Under the pieces are notes generated by a model. That model did not search any database, had not been told where the DNA came from, and saw only the letters and a program-made list of their open reading frames with translations. Shown here in pieces: positions 60,262-64,000 of a DNA stretch of 64,000 nucleotides (position 1 is the stretch's first letter; each line of letters opens with the position of its first letter). Source of the DNA: Candidatus Parcubacteria bacterium (GTDB lineage Bacteria > Patescibacteriota > Minisyncoccia > UBA6257 > HR35); contig AP024681.1 of the NCBI GenBank assembly GCA_025999335.1, positions 163,656-227,655 on the forward strand. Direction: 5' to 3'. The translations under genes were made by a program, and so were the position numbers.

Positions 60262-60570
60262 ATGAAGATTATTTGGACAAAACATGCTGAAAAAAAATTA
60301 CGTTTCTATCAATTATCCAAACAACGAATTATTCGAATTATCAAAAAACCTTATCGTATCGAAGAAGGCATTGCTCCTAAAACTATAGCGATGATGCAAC
60401 CAGTTAATCCTAAAAATAATAAATGGAAACAAGAAATTTGGACAATGATTCAAAAAACTAAATCTACAACAAAAATAATTTCAGCTTGGCGATATCCGGG
60501 TATTTCCCCCAACAATAATCCTATACCCGCAGATATTATTTTTGAACTCCAAAAGGCTGGTTTCCTTTAA
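60262..60570 (+). CDS. Small DUF4258/BrnT-like fold protein
   Basis: WTKHA N-terminus and KIISAW C-terminal strand. Confidence 0.55.
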   Translation: MKIIWTKHAEKKLRFYQLSKQRIIRIIKKPYRIEEGIAPKTIAMMQPVNPKNNKWKQEIWTMIQKTKSTTKIISAWRYPGISPNNNPIPADIIFELQKAGFL

Positions 60571-60608
60571 AGAAAAAGTTAAGTTATAATTAATTTTGAT
60601 ACTATTAA

Positions 60609-60680
60609 GGCACGGTGGCGGAGTGGTTACGCAACGGTCTGCAAAACCGTTTTACGTGGGTTCAATTCCCACCCGTGCCT
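60609..60680 (+). tRNA. tRNA-Cys(GCA)
   Basis: Anticodon arm ACGGT-CTGCAAA-ACCGT; U73. Confidence 0.95.
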
Positions 60681-60784
60681 CAATTTAAGTTTACATCTAC
60701 CTTGATTAAATTAAAACATCAAACACGTTTATATTGTTTAACTCTATTAAAAATTTACTCTTTTATTTAAAAAATTGCACAATT

Positions 60785-61411
60785 CTATATTGATTGAATA
60801 AGCTCTATAATTTCAGGAAATGTCTCTTGATTAAAATGTTCTTTATTATCAAAGATAATAACTTCGGCGTTTGGTAATTTTTGTTGATATTTAATAAGAT
60901 GTGACAAAGAAACAACCGGGTCATCTTTGCTATATAATAAATATATTTTTTCTACCTGTTGCGCAAATTTTTCTAAAGACAAAGGTAAAGTAAAATCAAT
61001 TAACGATTCATAAGCATCTAGAGAGTCGGAATCGTCAAAAGGAACGGCTACAAGAATAGTAGCTTTAATTTTCTTTAAAAAAGTGTTTTCGGCTAAGTAT
61101 TTAGCAAGAAAAATTCCTCCCAAAGAATGTCCAATTAAAATTAAATCATCGTTTAAAACTTCGGTAATTCTCTCAAACCAAATCTTCCACTCTTTATATC
61201 GCGCATTAGTAGCGTTGGGCATACGCGGCATTAAAATTTCATAATTACTGCCTAATACTAATTCAAGAGAATTTTTCCAATCTTGCCGCGGTTTTAGTTT
61301 TTCAATGTTTATATCTTTAGTTTGAAGATATTTAATATAATCTTCATAGGTTTTAAAACTAGTACCGCCATGAATTACAACAACTTGCTTTTTAAGCATA
61401 GTCATACCCAA
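60785..61411 (-). CDS. YdeN/RBBP9-like alpha/beta hydrolase (start may be 61399)
   Basis: IHGG, GHSLG, SKDDPVV, HF. Confidence 0.87.
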   Translation of the reverse strand: MGMTMLKKQVVVIHGGTSFKTYEDYIKYLQTKDINIEKLKPRQDWKNSLELVLGSNYEILMPRMPNATNARYKEWKIWFERITEVLNDDLILIGHSLGGIFLAKYLAENTFLKKIKATILVAVPFDDSDSLDAYESLIDFTLPLSLEKFAQQVEKIYLLYSKDDPVVSLSHLIKYQQKLPNAEVIIFDNKEHFNQETFPEIIELIQSI

Positions 61412-61414
61412 ATC

Positions 61415-61891
61415 TTAAATTAAGCGATCGGCTATTTTACTAGCAGCGTAAGATTCTGGTTTAATTTTTACCTCCAAGCCGTAACCACGAATTAAATTAA
61501 TTATTTCTTTAACTACTGAAGAACTTTTACCGGTTGTACCTAAATCAAGGTGCAATTCAAAAGAAAAATTTATTCTTTTGTCAAGAGTCACAAATTTAAG
61601 TAAATCTTGGCTAATATTCAAACTTAATAAAGCTTCATGCCATAAACGTTCTCTTAAGCCAAAAATTTTACTTTCAACATGTCTTTTCCAAAAATATCTT
61701 GCTCCGTTACCAACACGATGAACAACAACAACGCTAACAAAATCAACTTGGTCTTCATTGTATTCTGAGTCCGTGCCTACTAAAATTTTATAATGAGCCT
61801 TTTTGTTTTCTAAAATAAATTTCTTTATTTCTTCAATAAGCTGGTCTCTATCTAAACGAAGATAATTGGCTGTCCTAAAACCATCAAGCAT
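61415..61891 (-). CDS. RNase H-like YkuK-family protein (likely start 61891)
   Basis: VGTDS, HRVGNGARYF, LHLD, IKPESYAAS.IADR. Confidence 0.82.
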   Translation of the reverse strand: MLDGFRTANYLRLDRDQLIEEIKKFILENKKAHYKILVGTDSEYNEDQVDFVSVVVVHRVGNGARYFWKRHVESKIFGLRERLWHEALLSLNISQDLLKFVTLDKRINFSFELHLDLGTTGKSSSVVKEIINLIRGYGLEVKIKPESYAASKIADRLI

Positions 61892-61907
61892 TGTTAAACA
61901 TATTTTA

Positions 61908-62954
61908 TCATAAATTAATATTATATTTAATAAGACTGACAATTATACCTAAAAGCCATAAATCAAAAATCAAATGCGAGCCTCCGTAACTTAAAAAAGC
62001 TACTGGCAAACCAACAATAGGAAATAAGCCGAAATTAACTAGAGAGGTAATTAGAAATTTAACAAAAAAATAATTTTTAGTAATAAAAATAAAATTACTA
62101 ATTTCTGGAAATTTAATATAGTTTTGATATTTCTCTAAAAAATTTATTAACATAAACATCAAAATTGAATAAATAATAAAAATCAATAAACCTCTTTCTT
62201 CAATTAAGGATGTCAAAATAAAATCAGTATGCGCTGAAGGCAAATAACCATTGCGACCAAGATTGCCAAATCCTACGCCTTTACCAAAAAAATCGGATAT
62301 GCTTAAAATTAATTTTATCTGCCGCATATTATAACCACTTCCCAAAGGATCATAATCATAATTAATAAAAGATATAAATCTTGCTTTCTGGTAATCCTTA
62401 AAAACGAAAAACCACATAATTAATAAAATCAACACACCAAGCAATAAACCGAAAATAATTTGCCGTTTAGACAAAAAAGTAATAAGAGTAAAAACCCAAA
62501 CCAAAAGATAGAGCATAATCATGCCAAAATCCGGCTGCAAAACAAGGAGAATAATAAAAGGCAACAAAGTCACAAAAGAAAAAATAACAAAAACAAAATT
62601 TTTTAGATTATTGTAGTAATAACTTATAAACTTCGCAAGCAATAAAAAAAACCCTAATTTAGCAAATTCAGATGGTTGCAAACGAAAATCACCGATGCTA
62701 AACCATGACTTAATATTACCCGAAGAAAATAAAACTAAAACAAGCAAAAATAAAGAAAAGCCAACTATTAACCATATATAGAAACGCTCAAAAATAAATC
62801 TGTAATTAATAAAATAAGAGCTAAAAAATAAAAAAAAACCTAACCACCAAAACAAGTATTGTTTCCAAAAAATATTTATCAAATTTAAAGAAATAAAAGC
62901 GGTTAGAGAAATTACCATAAAATTTAGTAAAATAAATATAAGCCTTAAAGTCAT
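61908..62954 (-). CDS. rodA: SEDS protein RodA
   Basis: LQPSEFAK, QPDFG, YQKAR, DPLGSGY, HTDFI, LSYGGS. Confidence 0.85.
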   Translation of the reverse strand: MTLRLIFILLNFMVISLTAFISLNLINIFWKQYLFWWLGFFLFFSSYFINYRFIFERFYIWLIVGFSLFLLVLVLFSSGNIKSWFSIGDFRLQPSEFAKLGFFLLLAKFISYYYNNLKNFVFVIFSFVTLLPFIILLVLQPDFGMIMLYLLVWVFTLITFLSKRQIIFGLLLGVLILLIMWFFVFKDYQKARFISFINYDYDPLGSGYNMRQIKLILSISDFFGKGVGFGNLGRNGYLPSAHTDFILTSLIEERGLLIFIIYSILMFMLINFLEKYQNYIKFPEISNFIFITKNYFFVKFLITSLVNFGLFPIVGLPVAFLSYGGSHLIFDLWLLGIIVSLIKYNINL

Positions 62955-63102
62955 GAATTTAAAAGAAAAAATAAAAGATAAATTTTATCAAAAATTATTC
63001 ATTATAATTATTTTATTAAATTTATTAAGTTTTGGGTTAGGTTTTATTATTGGTTCGCAAATGTTAATTCCTAACCCTATAATTATCAATGGAAACTGTT
63101 AA
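62953..63102 (+). CDS. Putative small single-TM protein (49 aa), not in ORF track
   Basis: MNLKEKIKDKFYQKLFIIIILLNLLSFGLGFIIGSQMLIPNPIIINGNC. Confidence 0.6.
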   Translation: MNLKEKIKDKFYQKLFIIIILLNLLSFGLGFIIGSQMLIPNPIIINGNC

Positions 63103-63194
63103 AACTATTATAACTGTTATAGGCAAAACAACATTACTAATATTTTTACTGTTATTTTTATTTTATTATTGGTTAAATAAATTGATTAATAAAA

Positions 63195-64000
63195 TTATTC
63201 GAGGTTAACCTTTGCAAACAAAGGATTAATATTTTTATTTTTAAATTTACAATAAGGAATTTTTTCAAATTGAAAATTGTCTTTGTTAACTTGAACACTG
63301 ATTTTATCAAATCCAAACATTTTGGTAATTTTTTCTTCGGTTGTCGGCATTATCAAAGCTAAAGGTAACCTTAACGAATAAATCAATTGCAAAGCATTAA
63401 CAATAATCTTTAATGCTTTATGTCGTTCATTATGAATTAAATGCCAAGGAGCTTTTTGAGTAAGATAATTATTGGCAAAATCTATATAATCAATAAGATT
63501 CTTATAATAATTTAAAAACTTACAATGCTCTAAATTAAAATCCATAGAAGCATAGAATCGCTTGATATTTTTTATAATCTCGTTTTCGATATCATTATTG
63601 GTAAAAGAATTATCAAAATTTTTAAGATAAAAAACAGCGACGCGGTGAATAAAATTGCTAATTTTATTAACTAATTCAGTATTAATAACTTTTTCTAAAT
63701 TCTCCCATTGAAAATTGGTATCTTTGTTTTCTGGCATAATCGCAGTTATATAAAATCGTATTAAATCTGGATCAAATCTTTTTGCTAAAGATAAAGCATC
63801 AATCATTACTCCACGACTCTTAGAAAATTTTTGTTCGTTAAAAAGCAAAAAATTATTAACCGCTGGGAAAAATGGTAAGTTGTAATTTTCGCGTTGACCT
63901 AATAATTCTGCGGGCCATAAAATAGTATGAAAAATTAAATTATCCTTGCCCATAAAATAATAATGTTGCCAATCTTTATTAAACCATATTTCTTGCCAAT
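63195..64000 (-). CDS. metG: Methionine--tRNA ligase, C-terminal part (starts beyond the window)
   Basis: MGKDN..FH...WP, KFSKS, anticodon-binding helix with APW; no C-terminal Trbp domain. Confidence 0.92.
   Translation of the reverse strand, partial: WQEIWFNKDWQHYYFMGKDNLIFHTILWPAELLGQRENYNLPFFPAVNNFLLFNEQKFSKSRGVMIDALSLAKRFDPDLIRFYITAIMPENKDTNFQWENLEKVINTELVNKISNFIHRVAVFYLKNFDNSFTNNDIENEIIKNIKRFYASMDFNLEHCKFLNYYKNLIDYIDFANNYLTQKAPWHLIHNERHKALKIIVNALQLIYSLRLPLALIMPTTEEKITKMFGFDKISVQVNKDNFQFEKIPYCKFKNKNINPLFAKVNLE

Noticed and set aside
60609-61411. Genomic island integrated at tRNA-Cys
   Set aside because: No duplicated tRNA 3' end, no integrase and no clear compositional shift

Overview
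Very AT-rich, gene-dense core chromosome of a reduced-genome bacterium. The gene content and 16S sequence point to Patescibacteria/CPR, probably Parcubacteria (inference), using genetic code 11. The window holds about 70 mostly housekeeping CDSs (nusA, ksgA, trmD, clpP, gyrB, alaS, lysS, serS, metG, secA, mreBCD-pbp2, ftsW, rodA, murG, the alpha operon, prfA, rpsB-tsf, gatA, type IV pilus genes), 9 tRNA genes and an unlinked 16S rRNA gene. I see no prophage, transposase or CRISPR array. The interest lies in the gene-expression machinery. (1) The 16S 3' tail has lost the anti-Shine-Dalgarno CCUCC. (2) Two divergent gene pairs share a palindromic TATAATTATA -10 box that would give leaderless mRNAs in both directions. 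(3) A GTCG(TTATT) motif recurs about 26-36 nt upstream of many housekeeping start codons. (4) An unannotated 55-aa zinc-ribbon gene has a two-state, switch-like 5' leader whose 27-bp stem buries the AUG. (5) Both tRNA-Leu genes carry the same tRNA-mimicking upstream element, with compensatory base changes. (6) RpoA lacks its CTD, RF1 lacks domain 1, AlaRS lacks its editing domain and PriA lacks helicase motifs. All calls were made by eye; no database searches or folding programs were run.
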